From contig JBHGNT010000003.1 in the NCBI GenBank assembly GCA_043228905.1, forward strand, positions 18,476,001 through 18,540,000: a stretch of 64,000 nucleotides of DNA, given 5' to 3'. The notes under the pieces are model-generated. The model did no database searches. It had not been told where the DNA came from and saw only the letters and a list, made by a program, of their open reading frames with translations. Of the stretch, positions 26,344 through 39,161 are shown in pieces (the first letter of the stretch is position 1; every line of letters begins with the position of its first letter). Both the position numbers and the translations under genes were made by a program. This stretch comes from Azolla caroliniana. Lineage: Eukaryota > Plantae > Polypodiophyta.

Positions 26344-29300
26344 TTAAAATGGTTTGAAGTGCTCCAAATCTGGATGTGTTCCACCAGGGGGCCTCCTTGT
26401 TCTAAAACCACTTCTTTCAATTAGATGATTGCTTTCATGATAATAACAAGGGAAAGCACCTAACTACCCAAGCTTTTTACACATCTACCAAAATAACCAA
26501 AACATCTTACTACCAGAATAGCCATCCATAATAGTAAATTGTGTAAAACGTTGGGCCATTCTGGCAGATATCCAAAACACTAGGGGTAGTTTGGTGGTGT
26601 TCCCTAAACAAAACTCAAACTCTATAATACATAAAAAACGTTACCCAGTGAAACGATCAGGCTCAAAACCGGGAATGCCAGGAGGTCCAAAGGGATCAAA
26701 TCTGGCTCCTTGTGGTATCGTCCCTCTATTAGATATACACATAAAACAAGCTGGAGGTTACTACCTTTTGTATATAAATATAACATGTAAAGACCATCTG
26801 CATGGTACCATATTTGCATGTGACACAGACAGAGAGAGAGAGAGAGAGAGAGAGAAAAGTCTGGAAGAAAAGGAAAAATATGTCTGAAATTGGTTACCAC
26901 GGCCAGTTATTCTCATGATCATATGAAAATTCATGGAATTCTGCATGTTCTTACAGGTAAGTGGTTAGTGTATCGCTATAATAAGCAATTAAGTTGTTTC
27001 GAGCTTTCATTGTTTTTCTTTACAGTCATATGGCCTGGAGGTTTGAGCTGATCAGTTGTTCCTTTATCCGGCCAGTACCAGAAGGCATACATTCAATCAG
27101 TTGTACATGGATTAGTGAAGGCAAATGATGGCATCCAATAAGGGTTGGAACATGGCAGAAATAAACCCAAAATAGAAATGTTCTTTAAATTTTTTGCAGG
27201 AGGCTGGCATGACCTTTGAGACCAAAGTTACAGCCATCATCTTATACATGATATAGACCATCAAATATACACACTAATGCCAAAAGGGAAGAGAGATAAT
27301 TGTGCAAGCCATGGTCAATGCAGAAGGCAACATCAGGAGTTCCCAGAAGACAGGTTTATTAGTTTGCTTATTGCAAGGAGTTCTTGGAGAAAGTTGTGTT
27401 GTGTGATAAATGAAGAAAGAGAACTAGTACAATGGCATATGCAAAGAGATGCTGAGGATGATATTTTAATGTCCTGGAGAGACCAGAATAATGGCATAGA
27501 GGACCCTACAAGCATTAACAAGAAAGCCCCCTCTGCTCATGTAGAAAGCCCCCTCTCCCAATATGCGGCTCATATATTTCCATAAGGTCCCTCAGAAGCT
27601 TAAATAGAAAGCATACATATGTGCATGAGAGGCAGGGTTGGTGTGTCCAACTTGGAGAAGTTTTACGAGGTGGTTGTATGTGGTCAATAATGTGAAGCAT
27701 TGTTTGATGGTGCTGGATCCTTCACATTGTAGTGAGAGGTGGAGATGCTCTTTACCGTACGATATGATTAGAGAGAGATAGAAATGAATGTGATTAGTAC
27801 GATGTGATTAGAGAAAGAAAACTAAATAAATAGACAGGTAAAACTTAAAATAATAGAGAAGTGAGTATAACAAATGAGACAGGCTGCGGATATGGCAGTG
27901 AGCCACTCAGGTAGATTAGTATTGACAATGAGAGAAGAAAAGATGAGTTGAATGTAATCAATGGATATACTGTTAATCTTACATGGAACTACACTATTGG
28001 AGATATTGGAAATAGAAGATCATTGATTGTTGTTGATTAGTCACCAACAACTTTGAGACAATTTTGCACTACCATATGTTTTTATGTGTGGGACCATATG
28101 CACTCCTATTTCCCCAACATGTGAGTGCAAAATCTAAGATACATGATACGTACAATGCAAAAGAAATGAATAAACAAATAAAGATTAGAAATTTTGAAAT
28201 ATATATGCATTACAATCAAGTGCAAATCCATCGTTAAAGAGAAATAAACAAACAAATACAACTTCAAAATACGGAACGGAAATGAGTTTATTACAAGAGA
28301 GTGAAAATATATATTATGTGATAAACCCATGACAAAGAGAAATTAAAACTGGCATGTGGAACTTCAAGAGAGCACTAAAAATCAGTCAAACCACTAATTT
28401 AGCCATAAACTCACAACCTAAGAAATCTTACATACACAAAGAAACATCTCCTTTAACTAAAAATTCACAAGCCGAGCAATCTTATATACATGGAGAAACA
28501 CCACCATAGCTTGAACCCACGAAGACCTAACTTCACATCCAGCATATTAGATTGCTGTTGAACGAGGAAATTGAAACCATGTTGGGAACAGAGACTGGAA
28601 CCCCTTTCAGTATTTCTTTATTGATAATTAATTAATGGAATAAAATATAATAAGGTTAAACCCAGACCCTAAAACCACAGCCTATTTCAACAACTTAAAC
28701 CTGCATGTAAAGGTTTCAAGGTTCTTCCCATTGAGCATGTTAGAAAAGAGAGTAAATAAGCTATGTGCCTTACCAATTTCAGCATTCTAAATTGACTGTC
28801 CATTAGCTCTAAAGGTCAGTTTTGATCAAACGGCATTTGTGTAAATAAAGCAAATCTGGAACATTTTCTTATCTCTCACCTCTTCAAAAAATATCTTAGT
28901 CAACTCACTCGTAACTTTTAAGTGACTTTATGTAGGGCCTAATCTAAAATGGCTTTATAAGGAATGACTTTACAATCAGACACAACTCCACACAATTTGG
29001 AACCCAGTACCAACATAACTGACGACAATTGCTCCTTTGGACTAGGGATTGAAACTTAACCATTCCCAATTGGCAAGGAAATGTCACATTAACCAATCTC
29101 AAGGGTTCCGGGAGGGGCAAGCAATAAAATAAGGTACAGATAAAAAGAAATAGTTAATATATAACGTCATAAAGAAGAGCAAAAATAGCACCTAGTTGTG
29201 ATAGAAATAAACAAACTAATAGACCTTTATGATATAGAAATATGAGTAGAAATCTAGAACATAAAGCCCATCTTCAACAAAACAGGGATTTGTTATCCAC

Positions 29301-32300
29301 TACTTTATATATAGTACTGACTAGAAAATCTCACAAACAAAAAACTGTAAAAGAAAAATAGATGGCAGCTTACCTGCCATCCTGTGGAAATCCTGAGATT
29401 CCATAACCTCTATCAATACCCCATCGTGGATCATGTGGTCCTGAGAGTAAGAAGCATATGGTTTCATTTTTTAGCATTAGTATTTTTCGAAAGGTTGATA
29501 AGGGTTTCCAAAAATACATGATTTTATAATAGTTTCATACATAATCACTTACCAAGAAGCATACCACCACCTCCAGGATCGACCCTGCAATAAATAGCCA
29601 TGAAATATATGAGATAAAGTAATGAAACATAGTGCAAGGAGGTTAGCAAAATACATTAATTTGGAAAAAAATTGTGATTAAAGTACCTGCTTGGGTATAC
29701 ACCAGCTCCAGGTCCGGGGAATAAATCACTGCCTCCCATGGCTGGAACTGGAGGATATCTGAGCCTGACATAGAAAGAAACACAATAACTAAATAAAAGG
29801 ATGATGTTTTCTAGTGCCATGTAAAAAGAAAACAGGCATTCCAAGATGTTTGCAATTTATGGTTAATGAGTGCAGTTAATCAAACAAGAAAGGCCTGAAA
29901 CATAACTATCAACACACTTCTGTTCAAGTGAAAAGAGAATTAAGCTTTTAGATAGCCTACTGGTATTCATGGAGCTCATTCTAGATAGCATACTAGATTG
30001 GGCATATTGTAAAGTGCAGTTTAGAAATACGAAAGCAAGACAATACACTTATGCTCTAGTGAAAAGATAAGAAAGTTTCTGGATAGTCAACTGGAGTTCA
30101 TTGAGCTCATTCTAGATAGCATGCTAAATTTCAGCATGTTACAAAGCGCAGTTGAGAAATGTGAAAGTAGAATAATTAATACAGAGTTTTGGAATTTTGG
30201 ATTTTCAGTCTATTTTCGTATTTTTGTTATTTCATAGTTTTTATCATGAGAATGTAAATCCGAGAGACTGTAATCAAGTTATATGAATAGCCTCTATGCC
30301 TTCATATAACCATGCATGTATTTAAGGCCTACTATTGAGATGCATACCAATTCCATAATAATATAGATCCAGAATAAAGTCTACTATTACGTAAAGCATT
30401 AAATGCTCAGCAATGAAACGTTGGATAATTTGTGAGGCTTCTACATATGCAATATTTCATTGCAAAGAAATTTGTAACTCTGACAGTGAAGGTCTTGCTC
30501 CCAACCCATTAAGCTCATTATCAACCACAATCAGGGATATCCTCCATCAGTGTAAGTTTAACATACCCATCTAGAAACCTGCAAGAAATTGTCATTTTAT
30601 ACATAGACAACAGAACGACCATCTTCAGCTATATAATCCAAGGAAGAACCGGGCGTAGCCATTTCTCACTGTCAAATTTTTGGTTTGTGAATATTTTTCA
30701 ACTTTTTAGTCTGCTCTTTCTGGTGTCCCTTTTCTTCTTAGTTTCCAGATTAGCTATTTCCTTAAAATTAAGGTTTCTAATGGGCTCCAAGAAAGCATCA
30801 CCTATCCTTAGAATACTGTAGCATATTAGTTTGGAGAAGAGAATGAAATGAGGTGAAAAGGTGAGACTAGGACTAATTTCATCCCCTTGACCATAAACAG
30901 GACATATACTGATGACGACTGTTGATACAAGAGATTCCTTAGGAAGAGTAATGACGGTGATTGAAAGTCTAATTTCGAGTTATCTATCATCCTTTTTTTT
31001 ACCATACCTATAATTACGAAATTTTGATATTGAAAATGTATTAGGTTTCCTATTTCCATTCTTTTCAAGAAAGGTAAATGCAAACAAAAATACATTTTTG
31101 GCATCTTTAATGTGCAAATCGCTTACCCAGGTACAGATGGAGGTGGCTCTTCAATAATCCCACCCCTGGGAACCGTACTTCCTTCAGTGCTATAATCTCG
31201 ATAAATTTCTTCTTTTCTGATAGAGCATCATCAATAGAAATTATGATAAAGAAAGAGACCTATGGCACAATATATGAGCCAATGGGACAAGTAAAGCTAT
31301 CAAAAGTTTGGGTTACAAACTCATAGTTACTACAGTTAAAACGTTTATAAAAATGGAAAGATTTTGCCATCATAGAGAGGTAATTACCTCGATGTGCTTG
31401 GAGTCTCTTTGGTAACAACAAGATGGGAAAGAAGATGAGAGTTTATTTTCTCAACAAGCTCATTCAGATTCTTATAGAGTTGTCCATAGTTTGGGCTTTG
31501 GACGCCTGTCACATAATCTCCAACCCTAGCACCTCAGAAAAAACAAACGGTTAGGCAAGACAAACTTAGAGCAGGATCACACACACTAAGATTTGGTATT
31601 AAAAAATACTAAATGCCTTGAATTCTAGTCTCATGCACCTTAAACAAAATGAATTAAACTAGGAAGCTTCAAAAAGTTTGTATTAAAAAAGGAGAATATT
31701 GAGTGGTCAGTGCTCTTGAAATTCTTACCACTCAATTTCTTTGAGATTTAGTACTTTTAGAGAATAAAAAGAAACTGTTTAACTCATGAAACACAGAAGT
31801 AATAGTGAGACAATATTTGATCAATTAAAATTCTAACTGTAAACTCATTACAAATGCAGTGGATCATGCCTGTCAGTAGTAGAAAACCTTCTTCAGATGC
31901 AGTACACTGAGAACAATTTCAGAATTTTTTCCTTTGCTAGATAGCTAGGTTTAAGTTCTCATGCATGAAATAGTAGTAAACATTGCAAAAAAGTACCCAT
32001 GATTTATATATTTCAATTGGATTTTGTTCCCAATGAACTGACAAGTTCAACAATTCAACTGCCATTTTAGCGAATGAGAACACATTTTTCGCAAACATTT
32101 ATTCAACAATATACCTGATCTCAAGATGAAGAGGCTCCTTATCTTCATCCCTATCACCAGGTAAGGCATCTATCATAAGCTTGTCACCCATAGCTATACA
32201 TTTCACAAACACAATCTTGCATAGATTGGGTTGATCAACACCCGAATAATGGAAAGCATAAGCACCATCAAATTCATTCCATCCTTCAATACCCACTTCA

Positions 32301-33284
32301 ATATTCTCACCATCTCCACCTACATAGAAGAGAAAACCACTTATCGAAAACGTGATATTGTCATCAGCAATCACGACAATACCAGTTATTGCAAATGCAA
32401 AATTGCCATCAACAATCACGAATCCACCACTTATAGCAAATGTAACATTCTCATCAACCGTCATGAAAACTGTAGATATTGTGTACGTTTTTACAAGCTG
32501 AAAATGATGAAAAGGATGGCCATAGAAAATGCTTATGTGTTTATCTACATTAAAACTTGATTTATGAATAAAAAGAAACTATGTGAGTTCAAAAGAATGC
32601 AAAAATATTAATTAGTGACTACTGTGTTTCGGTGATGTGAAGAAACAATCAGTCATAAATATTTTCCCTTACCTAGACCAGAAATAACATTCTATGTTTC
32701 TCCAGAGAATTTGGTGAAATTCTATGCATAAACAAACGGCTCATATTCAGAAATAATGGAAAAAATCTCAACCAATATGTATCTTGGTTGATTGAAATGA
32801 GAACTTGTATTCAAAATTATTTTGATGTTCTCTACTAAATAGGTAAATTTGATGTATACACATTGAGTATACATGTTCCGGTATAAATGCTATATATACA
32901 GACATACATCTGTGTATGCATGTATACATTATATATATATATATATGAAATACACGCTATGAGATGTATGTATTTATGTATGTATGTATGTATGTATATA
33001 TGTATGTATGTATGCATGTATGTATTTGTGTGTGTGTATGTATGTATGTATGTATGTATGTATGTATGTATGTATGTATTTGTGTGTGTGTGTGTACGTA
33101 TGTATGTTGTGTATACATGTACGTTACCTGGTAGGTTTGTGCGAGAGCCGGTGGCGGTGAGCGAGAACCCAGCAGAGAGGAAAGCGGCATGGACGGCAAA
33201 GGCAACAGGATCATGAGGTGATGATGATCGAAAAAGGGGCCTGGCGGCCCGAATCACACCCAGAACGGCCCCTTCTGTTGCCAT
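26344..33284 (-). CDS. PI31: Proteasome inhibitor/regulator PI31 (PSMF1) homolog, 301 aa (305 with microexon). Exons: 33284-33128, 32319-32115, 31525-31388, 31216-31127, [30578-30567], 29764-29687, 29584-29553, 29440-29374, 26725-26645, 26401-26344
   Basis: All junctions are GT-AG and phase-compatible (906 nt without the microexon). FP-domain N-terminus MATEGAVLGVIRAARP..DPVAFAVHAAFLSAGFSLTATG, VGIEGWNEFDGAYAF, VKCIAMGDKLMIDA. Pro-rich C-terminus SDLFPGPGAGVYP, GGMLLGPHDPRW, PQGARFDPFGPPGIPGFEPDRF, THPDLEHF, matching plant PI31 motifs. Confidence 0.95.
32900..33120. repeat. (TATG)n/(TA)n/(TG)n microsatellite in PI31 intron 1; a second (TATG)n tract lies at 33401-33485
   Basis: Directly visible. 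Confidence 0.9.
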
Positions 33285-33447
33285 GTTCTTCTGTTTCGCC
33301 CCTCCCAAACTCTTCCTTGGCCCTCTTCTCCTGCTCCTGCTATCGAATCAAGCCTTCCTTTGAACTCTGCTTCTTGCTGACTCTGTACTTACAACCTGCG
33401 GTATGTATGTATGTATGTATGTATGTATGTATGTATTTATCATGTAC

Positions 33448-33478
<31 letters not shown>

Positions 33479-34146
33479 TGTATGTAGCTCGTGTCTATTC
33501 TGCATCAAATCATAAAGAGGGCTGACGAGGGAATCGCGGCCATAGACGGTGTAGGTCGCTTAGAGGAAGGCGCGTGCGATCTGCACCGTCAGATTTCGAT
33601 AAGGAAGAACGCGCAAAAAAAAAAGTTGTCAGAGGTCGCCCAACTCTGAATCGATGGTCGCCCAACCCTGTCAGAGGTCGCCCAACTCTGACTGTTGCAA
33701 GTCGCCCAACCATTTTAGGTCACCCAACCCTGACATTTGCAGGTTGCCCAACCGTTGCAGGTCGCCCAACCAAATGTATCATTTCGACCAAAATCTTCAA
33801 ATAAGCTTGTTCATTACCCTTAAAACTTACAATAACATATCAAACAATCACAAAATCCAACCTTAAATTATTCAAAATCGACGAGCTTTACCATACTTAT
33901 GTTAAAACAAATAATCATATTAAAACATAAAAGTTAAAAGTTAAAAAACATAAAACTTATAACAGAGAACGTAAATCCACTTTAAACACCGTAAACCCAA
34001 ATCAAAGGATGACATACTTGAATAAGGAAACTTAAAACATAAATCAACATATGACATACTCCCAAATGCACTCATAAATCAACATAAATCCACTTGAAAC
34101 ATTGTAAACCCAAATGCACCGGTCCGCAAAACCACCCAAGCTATGT

Positions 34147-36261
34147 TTATGGCTCATCTAGAGATGATGGCAAGATGCGACCACAATTCTTGCAACAATC
34201 AACATTTGAGTCCCTTGATCTAAAGGTCAAGGCATCGCAATGCAAGCATCGCATCTTCTCTGTTGCACATATTGGCAACCGCCTCCTAGCTCGACTTGCG
34301 CCTCTTTGCATTTTTCTTGTGTGTGCCTTGCAAGTGTTTGGGGAGCTGCCAATAAGATCTTGTGAAATGTTGATTGATGCTCCCCTTTTTGCACCAATTG
34401 CTTGCTTACGCCCTATGGATCCACGGTCTTCTTCATTGGTTGGTTTCGGTGCACCTAGGTGATACACTAGCGTCTGACCTATTTCTTCAATGGACTCCAT
34501 ACATGCCAAAATTGTTGCACAGTTGAGGGATTGTAACCCTTGCCTAAGACATTGAATAGCCCCCTCAACCGTTTGTATTTTCGACTCCCATTCCTCCATT
34601 TGTGATGTTATAGGGTTTGTCTCCTCGATTGGTTCTACCTCTGTCTCCACTTCCATCTCTGTGAAATGGTCATTGCGCATATGGGTTGCATGATCTATAA
34701 AAGGCAATGACCCACATAGATGTGGCATGTGCCTCTCAATAATCATCCTGATGCCGAGTATATGCTTACATTTACTCGTAGGGTCTTGGCAATCACAATA
34801 TGAACATTGGAGCGATACATTATACCATACATTCGGTTTTGTCAAGCTCAATATTTTAAACCAATATCGGGGCTCGTCCACAATATGCATTGTCGCATCA
34901 TTAGTTTCATACCTCTCTAGTAGCCTTTCGGCCTCTTAAAGTCTTGTTGTTTGATCCCTACAATTTGCACGTGGTGCAAATCTACCACTCTCACATTTTT
35001 CTTGTCGTTGCTTGTACCATTCAATAACAGTACCCCCGATGCAAGTGCCAGTTTGACTGTCCCCAATTAAAACATGCACAAGATCGGTAATTGATCGGTT
35101 TATCCTCCCTCTTAAGGCATTATATTTGATAAACTGCCAATGTCTCTCCACGAGATTGGTAGTGTCAACATGTCCGTAGTTGAACATTCTACCAAATTTG
35201 GGCCACAGTTTCCTCCACACACATGTCAAGCCACACCATCCTCCTTCTATATATTGCCAAACACCTGGCTTGTTTGCATATTCTACCTTTAACTCCTCAC
35301 ATTGGGCATTGAATGTGGATTTCGTAATGCATTGCATGAGTTGGCACATCCGATTATAAAGATGGTTTCTCTCAGTTGCACTTACCTTTGGCAACAAATT
35401 GTCCAACCATGCTTTTTTTGCGTGGAAGTGACACAACAAAAGTCGACAATGTGTTTGCGACCTTTGCCCATTTGTAACTATCCAAGATAATCGGTCTGTT
35501 GCAACCACATTACTTATGGCATTATATGATGTCCAACTTTTATCGATGACTATGGCATTTGGCCTCACATTGGGCATCCGTGCAAATATGACTCTCAAGC
35601 AAGTTTCTAAAGCTACTTGCTCATGGTTAGACCCCTTATCAGAACTACATATCATGTACCATAATGGGATACCAACTCCCATGGCATTTGGGGCCACAAC
35701 TGCATATAATGGCAAGCCAAATTGGTTTGTTTTAAACGTGGAGTCGATTGCCCAAGAGTTGTTTATTGACAATCGCTCACACATCTCTAACATCCATTCA
35801 TCTTGGAGCACCAAGATGAACGGTTGCCTTGCGGGAGATCCATATTCACCAGGCAAGTAGGGTTGGACATGAGCCACCTTCCCAAGATCTCGGAGGGCAC
35901 AAGCATCTTGCATCATCAAAGACCAATCAACCCCTGACATGGCACTCCCAATTGTTAACTTGTTGGCCATGTTATTGACCTCCTTTGGTATCATAAAGAA
36001 CCTATAACTCACAAGGTCTAATGGACTAGCCTTGGACTTATGATATGCTTCCTTACGCATGCTCATCCGTGCCACATGTCGTGCGCAACCAACATCAAAA
36101 AGGTCATCTCTACAACAACTTATAACATTTGGGGCCATTGGCTCATAGTCTTCGGATGTAGACGAATCCAAGTCTTCATCGATGGTTGCGGAGTATGGTG
36201 ATGCATAACCATCCTCAGAATCATACAAGGACGTGATGAAATCTATTTCATTTTGATTCAT
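34147..36261 (-). pseudogene. MULE DDE transposase with SWIM zinc finger (~704 codons), broken by one in-frame TAA at 34936-34938
   Basis: WAIDSTFKTNQFGLPL, IVIDKS, LCHFHAKKAW and TTNLVERHW motifs; SWIM-type CDC..CKH. ORFs 34936-36261 and 34147-34890 are in the same frame, joined by EAERLLERYETNDAT. Confidence 0.88.
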
Positions 36262-36284
36262 CTCGACAACTTGGTTTTCTTGTA

Positions 36285-36960
36285 GTGATTAATCAGAGGT
36301 AATTTAAGCTAGAGAATGTGATAAAGTAAATTTGATTAAGACAGAGATTATGATTAAGATAGAGACGACGTTTATAAGAATCTGATTAAGCTAGAGAATG
36401 TAATTAATTGAACCTGATTAAGCTAGAGAATGTGATTAAGAGAATTTGATTAAGACAGAGATTATGATTAAGATAGAGACGGTGATTATAAGAATCTGAT
36501 TAAGCTAGAGAATGTAATTAATTGAACCTAATTAAGATAGAGAATGGGATTATAAGAACGTGATTAAGACAGAGAATGTGATTATAAGAACGTGATTAAG
36601 GTAGAGAATGTTATTATAAGAACTTGATTAAGACAGAGAATGCGATTAATTGCTTCGGATTAAGATAGAGAATGTGATTAATTGAATCTGATCTTAAAAT
36701 AGAGAATGTGATTAATTAAGATAGAGAATGTCTTTTAGGAACTAGGAGTTGTGTGAAATTAGAATTTACTAATAAGATAGAGAAAGGATTAAGAGATGAT
36801 TGGTTAAAACGTCAAATCTATTGGAGATCACAACTTGAGAAACTTTTAAAACAACAAATCAACTTTAGATCACAACTTAGATTGGTTGAAAACAACAAAT
36901 CACCTTTAGATCACAACTTGTGATTGGTTTAAAACAACAAATCAACTTGAGATAAACACT
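36285..36960. repeat. Dense tandem array of short motifs (TGATTAAGATAGAGAATG variants, then AGATCACAACTT/AAAACAACAAATC units) inside the MULE
   Basis: Directly visible, immediately upstream of the transposase ORF. Confidence 0.9.
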
Positions 36961-37051
36961 TGTTGTAAACAACATTTCCATTAATAAGTAATCGCAATAT
37001 ACAATGAGTCGATTCTCGCTATACAAAATTTGTGTGGATTCCAAAATATAG

Positions 37052-39161
37052 TTACAACATCAGCTCTATAGCAAAATTTGTGCTGAAAACAACATTCACA
37101 AAATTTACAATATGGAGCCACCGGTCACAAGTGCAAATCCTAGTACCCTTCGTGCCCACTCGTCCATATGATTCTGAAGTGAATCCACTTCGTGTTTGGT
37201 GAACCACATCTCTGTGCCCTATCACCAAATATGTATAAGAACACATCTATACACAATCCACATGAATAAGGCATTGCAATTACACTTACAAAAGTCGGAG
37301 ATATCCATCCTTGTAAGAACTCCCCCACCAACATTTGGATAGTCTTCATGACGTAAAAGCCACAATCCCAACAATTTGGCTGAGTTGGGATGTGCAATAC
37401 ATGATGTTGACCCTCGGGCATAATGGTGTGGTCTGACGGTTCAGATGAAATTTCCCGAATCGCCAACTCTGCCATTCTCCGCACGTTGTCAGTTGCTGCG
37501 TTGTTCAATGGATCGCAGAAGACTACTTTGCTAGTTAGCTTAGAAAATTTCTGTCGCATCTTCGTCCACAACACCCAATGCCCGTCAAGCACGATCGGAA
37601 TGAACATATAATCACATTCAAACACCTTCCTAAGGATGGCTTGCCCCTTCATCGTCTGTTGGTGTAGCGTCACCCATAGTGGGTCGACGACGGTGAAGTG
37701 TTCTGTCACCTCGAGTGGCAACGAATACTCCATCCACAACATGAATAAGGTCATAGTCCACGTCGATGCCATTTCACGACACTTGCACATGGTCTCAAGA
37801 TCTGACTCGGTAACGTCAAGGGCCAAATCGAGACGTTGGCAGGTCAGTTGGTACCTAAATGCATAGAAATATGTAGTTTGAGTAGGTACATCACACCCCA
37901 TGTCAATTAGTAGGATACTAGTTTATATTTCACATAAACCCTACCTGGAAAAGTGTTTATTTGGTGTTTGGATCCATAACCTTATGCCCTTGCCATGCTG
38001 AATTTGAACTATGGCCACATCCGGTGCAGTGTCATCTGAATCTGATGTTAGGGAATAAACATCAGTGTGTGACTCGACCTCCTTCCGTCGGACTGGCATC
38101 TTTTGTCGTCTCCGTCTCGGTGGAGTGGACACACCACCCTCATATGGGTTTAGAGCCTCATCCACATCCGTGGACACACCTTGTGGTTGGGTGGATATCC
38201 CCGCCTTTTTACACTGTTTCACCACAATAAGACACATGTTATTATCTGAATTCTACCAATAAACCCTCCAACACATATATGAAATGAAATCCTTGCTCAT
38301 ACTTACATAAGAATCCAAACTGGATGATATCTTCTTCGTCAACATTTCCAAACGCTCATCCTTTTTGGAGTCGTATATGGCCATCTCATTGTCCATAAAT
38401 TGCGCCACGAACTCTGCCTCTGTGTCAAGACGGAGTTCAGACGGAATAGAGTGGTACCTCGAAACAACCCTAACCTTCAACTTCCGGATATATGTTTGCC
38501 GATTTCTGTTGTACTTGATTTTGGGGTCCATGAATCTTCTGAGTGATCTCTGACACTCATAGCTATTAAAGCATACCCCCGGAATACCCTCCCTCCTCCT
38601 CCTCTATATGCATCCCTCGTGGTAGGACTATGTCTATTCCATGTTCCCTGCGTAAATGTGATTCCATGTCACTTTTTTTGCGATACCACCTTGGCGAGAG
38701 GCGGCAATACTCAGTATAGATACACGCACGGGCCTTGTTCCTATTTGCATCTCTTCCAACCTTATACAACGAGTCTGGGTGAGGAGCATTTGTTCCTTCT
38801 GTATGTGTTACATATTTAAGATTGACATAAAGATTGGCATAAAGATTGACATATTGGAACGACACCAAATCCACATACCATTTGGAGGAGCATCTTGGTC
38901 AAATGTTGCCATGGCCTGTAGGGGCTCGATCTGAGGCGTATGTGTTTGATCCATTCTGTCCCCACTCGTACACATGTTGGCTGACGAACTTCGCCAATGT
39001 CTTCTAACGAAGACCCTTTAACAAATCACGAGTCCACATACATGCATCAAACCCTAAACCAGTATTAGGGGAGATTGGTTCGTGACATACCTCTCTTGAG
39101 TTGGATATATGTCACTGTTATCGAAATCCCACCAATCTTTGTACTTGGACTTGGAAGCCAT
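37052..39161 (-). pseudogene. MULE-borne multi-exon Ulp1/SENP-like (peptidase C48) gene with an N-terminal C2H2-like motif; degenerate
   Basis: Catalytic motifs FIPIVLDGHWVL (His), VFCDPL (Asp) and PTQPNCWDCGFYVM (Gln/Cys) in 37290-37855. Upstream pieces with GT/AG borders (ATG 39161 MASKSKYKDWWDF; 38566-38800 C-x5-C-x15-H-x4-H; 38305-38531; 37945-38253). Exon model tentative; at least one frameshift. Confidence 0.7.

Noticed and set aside
29917-30170. ~130-bp imperfect tandem duplication in a PI31 intron
   Set aside because: Real but non-coding, with no sign of function.
32835-33487. ORFs rich in YVCM/HTYI repeats
   Set aside because: Translations of TATG microsatellites; only 33284-33128 is coding.
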